From contig CAZQCO010000005.1 in the NCBI GenBank assembly GCA_964592225.1, positions 10,273-74,272 of the forward strand: DNA of 64,000 bases. The letters are read 5' to 3'. Positions 27,939-37,755 of the stretch are shown piece after piece. Both the position numbers and the translations under genes were made by a program. The notes under the pieces were generated by a model that did not search any database, was not told the origin of the DNA, and saw nothing but the letters and a program-made list of their open reading frames with translations. Within the stretch, counting starts at the first letter, position 1; every line of letters begins with the position of its first letter. The DNA is from an uncultured Bacteroidales bacterium (GTDB taxonomy: Bacteria; Bacteroidota; Bacteroidia; Bacteroidales; UBA10428).

Positions 27939-28110
27939 ATTAATTCATGTTTCGTACCTTTTATATAGTACAATATACCAGGTATTAAATTCCTAAAAAG
28001 TTTAAAAACGAAACATCCTGAAAACCCCCGTTCAAATATAAAAAAAAATCAGGGTAATGCTATTATCATTTGATTATTTGAGAGATTCTATGGAATACCT
28101 AAAGTAAAAC

Positions 28111-28314
28111 TTAATAACGATAAGAATTAATTTCAGTAACTACATTTCCTATTTTGTTTTTAAATAATTTATTTGCATGGTTAATTGTGCAATGTTTACA
28201 GCCAGAATAATTTGTTGTGGCCTTTTCATTCTTTCTAAAGAAATCCCATATCGCTAAAACCGTTCTTAAAACAGCCAGTAAAATAATTATATATACTATC
28301 AAATCCTGTAACAT
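28111..28314 (-). CDS. FeoB-associated Cys-rich small membrane protein (probable)
   Basis: Taking Met14 of the listed ORF as start gives MLQDLIVYIIILLAVLRTVLAIWDFF...GCKHC, which is one TM plus Cys residues. It lies directly downstream of feoB, as in many Bacteroidota. Confidence 0.5.
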   Translation of the reverse strand: MLQDLIVYIIILLAVLRTVLAIWDFFRKNEKATTNYSGCKHCTINHANKLFKNKIGNVVTEINSYRY

Positions 28315-28336
28315 AATGTTTAATAAATTTAAAATT

Positions 28337-30832
28337 CTAAAGCAATAGATCACCCATCTGAAATACCATCAGGGAGACCAAATAAGCCAGGAGTGTGGTA
28401 TAAAATACCATGAATACTGCCCACCACACACTGCCCGATTCTTTTTTTACAGCGGCAAATACGGCTATACATGGAAAATATAATAATGTAAAAATCAGAA
28501 ACGATATTGTAGCAAGCGGACTAAATACAAATTGTCCTTTCCGCGATCCTGTTTCATAAATTTGCGTACTTAGTCTATCTGCCAAATTATTTTTACCCTC
28601 GCGTGTATCGGTTTCCACATGATGCAATACTCCAAGCGTACTCACAACAATTTCTTTTGCGGCTATTCCGGTAATAAGACTTACCCCCATTTTCCAATCG
28701 AACCCCAGGGGTCTGATAGCAGGTTCAATAAACTTACCCAAGCGGCCAATATATGAGTTTTCCAGTTGGTTGTTTTTAACGTCATCATTACTATAATTAT
28801 TGCTTTGTGTCGACTCCTGTGTATAAACATTCTGAATTGAGTTTTCCTGATCAAAAATAATCTGAGAACCAGAAACACTATTTTTAGAATTTTGTATCGG
28901 TGGTTTATACCTTGGGAAATAACCCATTGCCCAAATTAATATAGACGCAATCAGGATAACACCACTCATTTTTTTCAGATATTGAGAGGCTTTTACCCAC
29001 ATATGTTTAAATGTGGAGCGGGCAGTGGGCATCCTATAGGGTGGAAGTTCCATCACAAAAGGTGTTCCCTCTGAACGAAACAAGGTTTTCTTAAAAAATA
29101 TTGCGAAAATAATGGCCATTAAAATACCAAGAATATAAAGAGAGAAGAGCATAGTACCCTGAAAGGCAGGAAAAATAGCTCCGATCAGCAATAGATAAAC
29201 TGGCAGCCGGGCTGAACACGACATAAAAGGATTGATAAGTATAGTCAGCATCCGGTTATTTCTGTCCTCTATTGTTCTTGTCGCCATTATTGCCGGCACA
29301 TTACAACCGAACCCCATAATCAGAGGTATAAAAGATTTCCCATGAAGTCCGATCTTGTGCATTAACCGATCCATAATAAATACAGCCCGGGCCATATATC
29401 CTGAATCTTCCATAAAAGAAATAAAAAGAAAGAGTATCAGAATATTTGGGAGAAATATAACTACACCTCCTACTCCTCCAATAACACCATCTATCAGAAG
29501 ATCTTTAAGTGATCCCTCAGCCATATTCCCGGAAATAATTGCACTCAACCAATTAATGCCGCTATTTATCCAATTCTGAGGATATTGCCCTACTTTAAAT
29601 GTCGCAGCAAACATTATCCACATAAAGAAAAAGAAAAATGGAAATCCAAATAGCTTATGGGTAAGAAAACTATCTAGAATATCAGTTGTTTTTATTTGCT
29701 GTTTTTGATTCTTGTAATAAGTTTCCTTTAGAGCGCCGCTTATAAAGCCATATCTTTTACCTGTAATAATTGATACAATATCCTCATCATACAAAACCTC
29801 CAATCTATGTTGTTCCCTGGCAACAAGTTCAGTGATCTGTTTCAGGTTTTTGGCATCATAAAGATAGGTTTCAATATGGCGATCGTTTTCCAATAGTTTT
29901 ATCGAAATAAACCTTGATGATACTTTATCCGTAATTGAGTAATTCTCGGGCACTTTTATTAATGTCTGTATCCGTTCGATGGAGGTTTCCATCTCATCAC
30001 CGTAATTGATATGAATATGCCTCAGCGATAATTCCTTGTCGTTGAAAACATCAATTATTTTTCGGAAAAGCTTTTTAATTCCTTTCCCTTTTGATCCAAC
30101 AGTAGGAACGATAGGAATTCCCAGTAGTTTTCCTAATAATTTATAATCCAATCGATCTTGTCTTCGCACCAACTCGTCGTACATATTCAGAGCCATTACG
30201 ACTTTAATATCCATATCGATAAGCTGTGTAGTAAGATATAAATTTCGTTCCAGGTTCGATACATCTACAACATTTACGATAACATCAGGGATTGTATCCG
30301 TAATATATTTGCGCACAAATAATTCCTCGGGTGAATAGGATGAAAGAGAATAAGTACCAGGTAAGTCTGTTATATTAAAAATATATTCGTACAAACTTAT
30401 TTGAGCTAATTTTGAATCGATAGTAACACCAGGGTAATTTCCTGTGTGTTCATGAGAACGGGAGGCATAATTAAATACCGATGTTTTTCCTGCATTCGGA
30501 TTACCAACGAAAGCAACATTAATCAGATTGCTACTACTGGAATTTGAATGGATTTCCTTTAGAGTTATTTTTGAGCCATTTTTTTCAATAACTTTCTGAT
30601 CCCATTCATGCTCCGGTATCACTTCTATCAATTCGGCTTCCGATCGACGAAGCGATACCCTGTAATCCATTAAAGAATATTCGATAGGATCTTTTAAGGG
30701 GGCATTCTTAATTACAATAACTTTTTTACCCTTAACGAATCCCATTTCCATTATTCTCCGGCGAAATGCTCCCCTTCCACGAACTTTTACTATTATTCCC
30801 TCCCCTCCCGATCTTAATTTTGAAAGTTGCAT
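28337..30832 (-). CDS. feoB: Ferrous iron transporter, fused FeoA-FeoB
   Basis: 831 aa. N-terminal FeoA/SH3-like domain (GEGIIVKVRGRGAFRRRIMEMGF), G-domain 'GNPNAGKTSVFN', 'DLPGTYSL', and a polytopic C-terminal permease. Confidence 0.93.
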   Translation of the reverse strand: MQLSKLRSGGEGIIVKVRGRGAFRRRIMEMGFVKGKKVIVIKNAPLKDPIEYSLMDYRVSLRRSEAELIEVIPEHEWDQKVIEKNGSKITLKEIHSNSSSSNLINVAFVGNPNAGKTSVFNYASRSHEHTGNYPGVTIDSKLAQISLYEYIFNITDLPGTYSLSSYSPEELFVRKYITDTIPDVIVNVVDVSNLERNLYLTTQLIDMDIKVVMALNMYDELVRRQDRLDYKLLGKLLGIPIVPTVGSKGKGIKKLFRKIIDVFNDKELSLRHIHINYGDEMETSIERIQTLIKVPENYSITDKVSSRFISIKLLENDRHIETYLYDAKNLKQITELVAREQHRLEVLYDEDIVSIITGKRYGFISGALKETYYKNQKQQIKTTDILDSFLTHKLFGFPFFFFFMWIMFAATFKVGQYPQNWINSGINWLSAIISGNMAEGSLKDLLIDGVIGGVGGVVIFLPNILILFLFISFMEDSGYMARAVFIMDRLMHKIGLHGKSFIPLIMGFGCNVPAIMATRTIEDRNNRMLTILINPFMSCSARLPVYLLLIGAIFPAFQGTMLFSLYILGILMAIIFAIFFKKTLFRSEGTPFVMELPPYRMPTARSTFKHMWVKASQYLKKMSGVILIASILIWAMGYFPRYKPPIQNSKNSVSGSQIIFDQENSIQNVYTQESTQSNNYSNDDVKNNQLENSYIGRLGKFIEPAIRPLGFDWKMGVSLITGIAAKEIVVSTLGVLHHVETDTREGKNNLADRLSTQIYETGSRKGQFVFSPLATISFLIFTLLYFPCIAVFAAVKKESGSVWWAVFMVFYTTLLAYLVSLMVFQMGDLLL

Positions 30833-31004
30833 ATCTTGAAAATAAGCACAATTTTAATTTAATTGTCTGACTGAAACAATACCAAATAATAGGGATTTAA
30901 GTTATTATAATAATTACCTTAATTATTGTTAATAAATTGGGATTGGAAAAATGTTTTTCATATATTAGTTATACGAAGCTTTTTTCATTTTAATCAGGAA
31001 TAGC

Positions 31005-31733
31005 GTGAGTCCATCGGAAAATATATATGATATTTTAAATGAGTATCTTGAGGTAGGGGAAGATAGTATTAGTTTATTGGAGGAACCTATCGATGCTGAT
31101 ACTCAGTTTGAGTATTTTGAATGTTCTAAAAATCAGGAGAATCATCTTACGAATGATGAAATAATCAGTAGGAAAGATCTTATTTTTGATGATTCGGTTT
31201 CGAATGAACAAAAGAAGTTACTTCTTGTACAATTGGCCTCAATAAGCAACATTGAAGCATACAGAACTATAGAAAAGTATCTGAAAAAACCTAATACGAA
31301 ACTTATCAATTGGGCCTATCTGGCATTTCTTGAAAGCCGTCTTCTGCTGGAAAGTACCTTTTTAAATGAAAACAAAGTACTGATTACAACTGGTTTAGGT
31401 GGAAAAGGAAATAAGTTAAGGTATTTCATAGTTTTTTTTACCAATGATGGTTTGCCTATCACCCATCTGCAGCAGAAAATAATTAAAAGCGAGTTAGATT
31501 ATGCATTCTGCCGGAATGAGGCTGAAATCGAAAATCTTTTTTTTGAAGATGGTTTTGCCTATATCCTGACTATGGTACCTATTAACATTCCTGTTCAACA
31601 ATTCTTCAATAAAATTCTCAAAGAATGCAATGAATTCGGAGATTTTCTATTTCACGACTTTATTATTTCTAATGTTAAAATTCTTTCCATAGAGGAAATT
31701 CGTGAACTTCTGGCCATCAACGATATTTATTAA
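31005..31733 (+). CDS. Hypothetical protein
   Basis: 242-aa ORF with a GTG start and no motif I recognise. The only support is non-overlapping placement and protein-like composition. Confidence 0.45.
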   Translation: MSPSENIYDILNEYLEVGEDSISLLEEPIDADTQFEYFECSKNQENHLTNDEIISRKDLIFDDSVSNEQKKLLLVQLASISNIEAYRTIEKYLKKPNTKLINWAYLAFLESRLLLESTFLNENKVLITTGLGGKGNKLRYFIVFFTNDGLPITHLQQKIIKSELDYAFCRNEAEIENLFFEDGFAYILTMVPINIPVQQFFNKILKECNEFGDFLFHDFIISNVKILSIEEIRELLAINDIY

Positions 31734-31744
31734 ATCAATTTTCC

Positions 31745-32038
31745 ATGCCACACAAGGTCAATATTGCACTACAGGTATTGCCTTCATCTACTACAAAACA
31801 TCCCTATGCCATTGTAGATAAAGCTATTGAAATAATTCAGAACTCCGGATTAAAGTATAGAGTATGTCCTTTTGAGACTGTTATCGAGGGAGACTACGAT
31901 CAAATAATGGAGCTCATAAAACGAATACAACTTGAATGTATCAGTTACGGCGCTGAGAAACTTCTTACTTATGTTAAAATTGAAATGAACCGTGATTCTG
32001 ATGTTAAAATCGAGGACAAGACCGGAAAATACGATTAA
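31745..32038 (+). CDS. MTH1187/YkoF-family (thiamine-binding, DUF77) protein
   Basis: 97 aa. 'VNIALQVLPS...AIVDKAIEIIQNSGLKYRVCPFETVIEGDYDQIMELI' fits the family pattern. Confidence 0.78.
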   Translation: MPHKVNIALQVLPSSTTKHPYAIVDKAIEIIQNSGLKYRVCPFETVIEGDYDQIMELIKRIQLECISYGAEKLLTYVKIEMNRDSDVKIEDKTGKYD

Positions 32039-32042
32039 AAAA

Positions 32043-32059
32043 AGGGCCTCTGAAGCCCT
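32043..32059. terminator. Short hairpin between convergent genes (possible bidirectional terminator)
   Basis: agggc (32043-32047) / ctctgaa / gccct (32055-32059), with an A-run before it and T-rich sequence after it. The stem is only 5 bp. Confidence 0.3.
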
Positions 32060-32071
32060 CTCTTTATGAAT

Positions 32072-32485
32072 CTAAGAAGATTTTTCCTCTTCTCCGTCAT
32101 CGCTTGAGGCTGTGGCTTCCACTTTTTCAAGGTCCTCAAATTCAACGTCTGTATAAGAAGATGGAGTTTTTTGCGAATCAATAACTTCATCAAGTAATTC
32201 TTCAGGTCCGTTTACCTTGATATAATCAATTGATTCCGTTAAACCTTCGACGAATTTATCAAAATCTTCCTTGTACAAGAAAACTTTGTGTTTTTCATAG
32301 AAAAAGCGACCATCCTTATGATAACGTTTCTTACTTTCAGTTATAGTAAGGTAGTAATCATTCCTTCTGGTGGCTTTCACATCGAAGAAATAAGTGCGCT
32401 TTCCTGCACGAACGGCTTTTGAAAAAATCTCCTCTCTCTCAGAGGATTCAATGCCTTCATTTTTTTCTTTACCTTCTTCCATCAT
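32072..32485 (-). CDS. PUR-alpha-like nucleic-acid-binding protein (DUF3276)
   Basis: 137 aa. 'EIFSKAVRAGKRTYFFDVKATRRNDYYLTITESKK' matches the DUF3276 pattern. The tail is acidic. Confidence 0.75.
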   Translation of the reverse strand: MMEEGKEKNEGIESSEREEIFSKAVRAGKRTYFFDVKATRRNDYYLTITESKKRYHKDGRFFYEKHKVFLYKEDFDKFVEGLTESIDYIKVNGPEELLDEVIDSQKTPSSYTDVEFEDLEKVEATASSDDGEEEKSS

Positions 32486-32683
32486 AAATCGTTTTTTCCA
32501 GTTCTACTCACATCAAAAATATAAAAAAAATTAGAATACAGAACTTTTATGCCTTTTTTCTAAATTACTGACTTACTAAAATTTATCTCAACAGGTGTTA
32601 TAAATTTTCTTGTATAAACAATATGCAGGATTTAAAAAAATCACTTTACTTTGCATTCCTATATTCATAAGGTTCTTTGTGAT

Positions 32684-33637
32684 ATGATAAGCAGGAGAAT
32701 ATTGAGAATAAAGATAATGCAGGCATTATATGCTTATTTTAAGCATGATGGGAAATCTTCATTGAAAAAAGCTGAACAAGAGCTCTTTTTCAGTATTGAA
32801 AAGACCTTCGACCTGTATCATTATCTTTTGTTATTGCCAATTGATATAGCAAACTATGCTGAATCGAGGATTGAGATTGCAAAAATTAAAAAAATACCTT
32901 TATATGACGATCTGCATCCAAATACAAAATTTATGGATAACAGAATCATATCACAACTCAGGATTAATAGAGGACTTTTGCGTTATCTTGAAAATAAAAA
33001 ACTTAGCTGGGTAAAATATCCCGAGTTAATTAAAGGTTTATACACCGAAACCCAGGTAAGCCTTTGCTATAAAGAATATATGAGCAATGAAACTTCATCC
33101 TATGAAGCTGATAAATCTTTTATATGTACTTGGTATAAAGATGTTGTAGCACAGTATGAATCATTGTATCAAAATCTTGAGGAACAAAGCATATATTGGA
33201 ACGATGAACCTGAATTTATTATTGGAATAATCATTAAAACGATTAAAAAATTTATGGAATCTGATGGCGATTCATCCGAGTTATTGCCGCTTTATAAAAG
33301 TCATGAAGATGAGGAATATGCCAGAAAACTACTCCACAAAGTAGTATTAAACCATAAAGAATACCAGGTTTATATTGAAAAATATAGTAAGAACTGGGAT
33401 TTTGATCGTATTGCTTTTCTTGATATAATTCTTATGCAGATGGCCATTGCCGAAGGAATTGAATTTTCGTCGATCCCAACAAAAGTAACTCTAAACGAGT
33501 ATCTCGAACTCGCAAAATATTACAGTACAACTAAAAGTAATCTTTTTATTAATGGAATTCTGGATAAAATCTTTTCATATCTTAAGGAACAAAATCAAAT
33601 AAAAAAGCAAGGCCGAGGTCTGATTGGAGAAATATAG
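32684..33637 (+). CDS. nusB: Transcription antitermination factor NusB (long Bacteroidota form)
   Basis: Starts at ATG 32684 (MISRRILRIKIMQALYAY...). The C-terminal part 'DRIAFLDIILMQMAIAE...VTLNEYLELAKYYSTTKSNLFINGILDKI' is the NusB core. Confidence 0.8.
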   Translation: MISRRILRIKIMQALYAYFKHDGKSSLKKAEQELFFSIEKTFDLYHYLLLLPIDIANYAESRIEIAKIKKIPLYDDLHPNTKFMDNRIISQLRINRGLLRYLENKKLSWVKYPELIKGLYTETQVSLCYKEYMSNETSSYEADKSFICTWYKDVVAQYESLYQNLEEQSIYWNDEPEFIIGIIIKTIKKFMESDGDSSELLPLYKSHEDEEYARKLLHKVVLNHKEYQVYIEKYSKNWDFDRIAFLDIILMQMAIAEGIEFSSIPTKVTLNEYLELAKYYSTTKSNLFINGILDKIFSYLKEQNQIKKQGRGLIGEI

Positions 33638-33704
33638 TCTTGTCATTCCCAAAGTTTTGTCTTTACTTTGCAGCTTAAATTTAAATATGTAAAAACAACT
33701 AACA

Positions 33705-34034
33705 ATGAACAGTTTATTAAACTTCATTTTAATGCCCCAGACACAAGGAGGCGAATCGAATCAGATGTCTTTTTTCATAATGATGGCTCTGATGATTGTG
33801 GTTTTTTATTTTTTTATGATCCGTCCCAATATGAAGAAGCAGAAAGAATTACGGAATTTCAGGAGTGCGCTTAAAAAAGGAGATAAAGTAATAACCACAG
33901 GTGGAATTTATGGTAAAATCAATAACATTTCGGAAAACATAGCCACAGTCGATGTTGGCAATAATGTTATTATTAAGGTTGATAAAAATGCAATTCTGAA
34001 AGATATTGCTGATTTACAGACACAGCAGAAGTAA
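33705..34034 (+). CDS. yajC: Preprotein translocase subunit YajC
   Basis: 109 aa with a single TM and 'LKKGDKVITTGGIYGKI'. Confidence 0.9.
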   Translation: MNSLLNFILMPQTQGGESNQMSFFIMMALMIVVFYFFMIRPNMKKQKELRNFRSALKKGDKVITTGGIYGKINNISENIATVDVGNNVIIKVDKNAILKDIADLQTQQK

Positions 34035-34087
34035 TTAATTAATCAGGAGTTTAAGGTATATTTGTAATATTTTAAACTCTTTGTATT

Positions 34088-35167
34088 TTGATCCCGACGG
34101 AAAATAATGCATTCATAGCAAATTTCATAAGGAGAACAACTGAAAATCTCCGTAAAATTCTAAGACAGATTCGTCAGAAATACCTGGCGTTTCTTTTTTT
34201 TATTGTTCTTTCCATGATTGCATGGTTTCTTCGGGCTCTCAGTGACGAATACATCGCCAATATTGAATATCCTGTAAAATATATCAATCTTCCACCCAAT
34301 CGAATCCTTTCTCAACCGCCTCCTGAAAAACTCACTTTACAGGTACAATCCGATGGATATACTATTTTAAGCAGCCGGTTTAAATATAAACGCCCCTTGA
34401 GTTACAATGTTAATGCATTTGCTTTATATTCTCTTTCGGAAGATTCTACATCGGTTTATACTTTAACATGGTATGCAAAAGAGAGGCTTTCTACAGAATT
34501 AAGCCTGTCAAATAAGAATATCCAAATCCTGGATATAAAGCCTGATACTCTGATTTTCAATTTTACAAGGGTAAAAAGGAAAAAAGTCCCTGTTATTGTT
34601 CGTCTGCAATACCCTCCCGATTTATTTTCAAAACAGTATATGCTAAATGGTGATCCCTATTCCGAACCTGATTCGGTTGAAGTTACAGGACCTTCCTATA
34701 TTATTGATACATTGAAAAATATTTATACTGAATATGTAAACTTCAAGAATCTCTCTGATACAACTGAAAAAAAAGTTCAACTGGTAAAGATAAACAAGCT
34801 GAGTTGTCCGGTTAAAAAAGTTAATGTTATAGTTCCGGTAGATGAATTTACTGAGTCGGATTTTACTATCCCAATTATACCTGTAAATGTGCCAGATTCT
34901 CTCACAATAAAAACATTTCCTAAAAATGTTCGGGTAAAATATATTGTCACTCTTTCTCATTTCGATAATATAACCATTGATCTTTTTCGCGCCTATGTCG
35001 ATTTCAGTTCAGTTGATATCAGTTTAACTTCGGAAGCAACAAAACTTCGTATCCAACTGGACTCAATCCCTCCATTCGTTCATAACTTAAATTTAGCACC
35101 ACGCAACGTTGAATTCCTAATTGAAAAAAAGAATGATGAAACTGGGAATAACCGGGGGAATAGGTAG
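34088..35167 (+). CDS. YbbR-like domain protein (start uncertain)
   Basis: 359 aa with a TTG start in the track. It has an N-terminal TM followed by repeated beta-rich units. Position after yajC and before coaE is typical of Bacteroidota YbbR-like genes as I recall them. Confidence 0.55.
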   Translation: MIPTENNAFIANFIRRTTENLRKILRQIRQKYLAFLFFIVLSMIAWFLRALSDEYIANIEYPVKYINLPPNRILSQPPPEKLTLQVQSDGYTILSSRFKYKRPLSYNVNAFALYSLSEDSTSVYTLTWYAKERLSTELSLSNKNIQILDIKPDTLIFNFTRVKRKKVPVIVRLQYPPDLFSKQYMLNGDPYSEPDSVEVTGPSYIIDTLKNIYTEYVNFKNLSDTTEKKVQLVKINKLSCPVKKVNVIVPVDEFTESDFTIPIIPVNVPDSLTIKTFPKNVRVKYIVTLSHFDNITIDLFRAYVDFSSVDISLTSEATKLRIQLDSIPPFVHNLNLAPRNVEFLIEKKNDETGNNRGNR

Positions 35168-35729
35168 TGGAAAGTCCACTGTCTGCAAAATATTTGATTC
35201 AATGGGAGTCCCGGTTTATCACGCCGACGAAAGGGCAAAAGTATTGGTAAATACAGATGAAGAATTACAAAAGGCCATCATCAGAGAATTTGGTAGTGAA
35301 TCATTCACTCATTCAACTTATAACAGACAATACATGGCTTCGATCGTATTCAGAGATAAGCATAAATTACAGGTACTTAACGAGATAATTCATCCCCTTG
35401 TTGAAAAGGATTTTGCCATATGGTGTCAACAACAACACTATTATTATATAGTACACGAAGCTGCTATTCTCTTTGAAAGTGGAGCCTATAAACAAATGGA
35501 TTATACCATTTTGATAGATGCCCCTTTGAATTATCGTATCGATAGAGTGGTAAAAAGAGATAAGACTTCAATTGAAGAAGTGAATTTAAGACTCAAAAAT
35601 CAGTGGCCAGCCGATAAAATTAGTGAAATGGCCGATTGGGTTATCATGAATGACGGGAAAACTTTAATTTTACCGCAGATTTTAGAAATACATAAATATA
35701 TAGTTGAATTAGATAAATCGCATGGCTAA
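35133..35729 (+). CDS. coaE: Dephospho-CoA kinase
   Basis: [17 protein letters not shown]-loop sits right at the N-terminus, so the start at ATG 35133/35136 is preferred over 35121. 'HPLV' motif is present. Confidence 0.88.
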   Translation: MMKLGITGGIGSGKSTVCKIFDSMGVPVYHADERAKVLVNTDEELQKAIIREFGSESFTHSTYNRQYMASIVFRDKHKLQVLNEIIHPLVEKDFAIWCQQQHYYYIVHEAAILFESGAYKQMDYTILIDAPLNYRIDRVVKRDKTSIEEVNLRLKNQWPADKISEMADWVIMNDGKTLILPQILEIHKYIVELDKSHG

Positions 35730-36444
35730 ATATGGAAAATGGGTTGGTGCCGGCCTGGGATGGGCATTTGGCGGTCCTATTGGCGCTGTAATTGGATTAG
35801 GATTAGGATGGATGTTCGACACGGCACAGGATACCGATATTCAAAAGGGATACCAAAAAACAACACGGGGCGATTTTGCAGTTAGTTTGCTGGTACTTAT
35901 TGCTGCTGTAATGAAAGCCGATGGAAAGGTAATGCAATCGGAACTAAATTATGTCAAAACTTTTTTCATTCAAAAATTTGGTAAATCATCGGCAACAGAA
36001 GCATTACGTATGCTTCGCGATTTGCTGAAACAAACTATTCCTCTCGAGGATATTTCGTATCAGATCCGTGATCGGCTCGATTATCCCTCCCGTCTGGAGT
36101 TGCTTCATCTTTTATATGGTGTTGCCTATGCCGATGGAGCACTTCATCCTTCAGAACTGAATCTGATTAATAAAATTTCAGGGTATTTAGGAATAAGTGT
36201 TTCCGATCAGCAATCGTTGAAAAACATGTTTGTTCCGGATACCGATAATGCCTATAGAATTATGGGTGTCAGCAAAAATGCTTCAATCGAAGATATTAAA
36301 AAAGCTTATCGAAAGCTTGCAACAGAACATCATCCTGATAAGGTTAGCTACCTTGGGGAAGATTTCAGAAAAAATGCTGAGGAAAAATTTCAAAAGATAA
36401 ATGAGGCATATGAAATAATAAAAAAAGAGAAAGGATTTAAATAA
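35722..36444 (+). CDS. DjlA-like co-chaperone (TM + TerB-like domain + C-terminal J domain)
   Basis: 240 aa. Gly-rich N-terminal TM, a TerB-like middle region ([16 protein letters not shown]...), and the C-terminal J domain '[30 protein letters not shown]'. Confidence 0.8.
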   Translation: MAKYGKWVGAGLGWAFGGPIGAVIGLGLGWMFDTAQDTDIQKGYQKTTRGDFAVSLLVLIAAVMKADGKVMQSELNYVKTFFIQKFGKSSATEALRMLRDLLKQTIPLEDISYQIRDRLDYPSRLELLHLLYGVAYADGALHPSELNLINKISGYLGISVSDQQSLKNMFVPDTDNAYRIMGVSKNASIEDIKKAYRKLATEHHPDKVSYLGEDFRKNAEEKFQKINEAYEIIKKEKGFK

Positions 36445-36559
36445 TAGATAGGTTATTATTCTCATTTATTTCAAAAAATCTTTGTAATTTGTTAACTCTT
36501 GGTGTTATTCTATCATTCAGAATATTAATTTTATGCACTAATTATTTATCAGTATTCAA

Positions 36560-37132
36560 ATGAAACTAAAAGACATTCTTTCAATATCAGGTAAAGGGGG
36601 ACTCTATAAATTTGTCTCACAGGCACGAAATGGTATTATAGTTGAATCATTTGAAGATGGCAAACGTTTAGCTGTTCATTCCAGTGCAAAAGTTAGTGCA
36701 CTTGAAGACATAGCTATTTTTACAAATACTGAAGAAGTGCCGCTGGCAGATATTTTTAAGAAAATCCATAAAAAAGAAAGTGGCAAGGAAACTATCAGCC
36801 ATAAATCAACAACTGATGAGCTAAAAGCGTTCATTGAATCGATCCTGCCAGATTATGACAAGGAGAGAGTCTATATTTCAGATATAAAAAAATTAGTGAT
36901 GTGGTACAACATTCTAATAAGTCATAATCTTCTTAATCCTGAGGTGGAAGAAGAGGAAAAGAAAGAGGTGAAAGATAAAAAGGATAATGATTCAACTGAA
37001 AAACCAATTAGTAAGGAGGCCAAGCCTGTTATTAAACATAGCAAACCGCAAACTGTAAAAAGTGTAAAAGCCAGTACATCAGCGAAAATTGCACCAAGAA
37101 CGATTAAACCAAAGACAGGAAAAGCCAATTAA
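36560..37132 (+). CDS. Conserved hypothetical protein (DUF5606-like) with a Lys/Glu-rich tail
   Basis: 190 aa. The N-terminus 'MKLKDILSISGKGGLYKFVSQARNGIIVES' resembles a family recurrent in Bacteroidota. Not searched. Confidence 0.5.
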   Translation: MKLKDILSISGKGGLYKFVSQARNGIIVESFEDGKRLAVHSSAKVSALEDIAIFTNTEEVPLADIFKKIHKKESGKETISHKSTTDELKAFIESILPDYDKERVYISDIKKLVMWYNILISHNLLNPEVEEEEKKEVKDKKDNDSTEKPISKEAKPVIKHSKPQTVKSVKASTSAKIAPRTIKPKTGKAN

Positions 37133-37145
37133 ACAGCTTGTTATC

Positions 37146-37529
37146 TTACTTTATAACTATACCTTTAATATATAACTGAATCATTCCACCTTCAGCGTTT
37201 GAGTAAACCATAATCGTTTTGCTGAATTGTCCCTCGCTTTCTGCATCGAATGTTACAAGTATTTTTCCTTCCTCACCCGATACAACAGGTTGTTTCGGAA
37301 AATTGGCCACAGTACACCCGCATGATGATTTTACATCGTTGATCAGCAGGGGTATAAGACCCTGATTTTTAAAAGTGAATTCAGCAGTAACAGGCTTTTT
37401 ATACACTACCTCTCCAAAATCAATTGATGTTTCCTGCCATTCAATATTGGCTTTAGGATTGGCTGATGCGACCAAGGAGATAATTATGCCTGCAAGAATA
37501 ATAAGTATTTGAACCTCTCTTTTCATCAA
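37146..37529 (-). CDS. DUF1573 domain protein (secreted)
   Basis: 127 aa with a signal peptide and the 'FGEV...FTFKNQG..PLLINDVKSSCGCTV' motif. Confidence 0.75.
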   Translation of the reverse strand: MMKREVQILIILAGIIISLVASANPKANIEWQETSIDFGEVVYKKPVTAEFTFKNQGLIPLLINDVKSSCGCTVANFPKQPVVSGEEGKILVTFDAESEGQFSKTIMVYSNAEGGMIQLYIKGIVIK

Positions 37530-37755
37530 TATTTTTAATTGTCATACGAAATTACAACAATCAAAGATTCAAAAACAGTGCCGGAGAATTAAAAAATGTT
37601 AATAATACCCAAACAGATACATAAAAATAATTGAAATTATAATGGACTGATCGTACCATCACTTTTTCATAATTAGAAATGGAATTATCAATGTAATGCT
37701 ATCTTTGACGTTTTAAACCGGAAATTTATTTTCACAATTTGGGTATTTTTCATCA

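Noticed and set aside
27947-28016. 8-bp inverted repeat atgtttcg / cgaaacat upstream of the sigma-factor gene, considered as an operator
   Set aside because: The arms are short and separated by 54 nt in AT-rich DNA. This is plausibly chance, and nothing else supports it.
33668-33874. 68-aa ORF overlapping the yajC start in another frame
   Set aside because: The yajC frame has the diagnostic motif and a TM segment. This ORF starts with a non-ATG codon and has no support.
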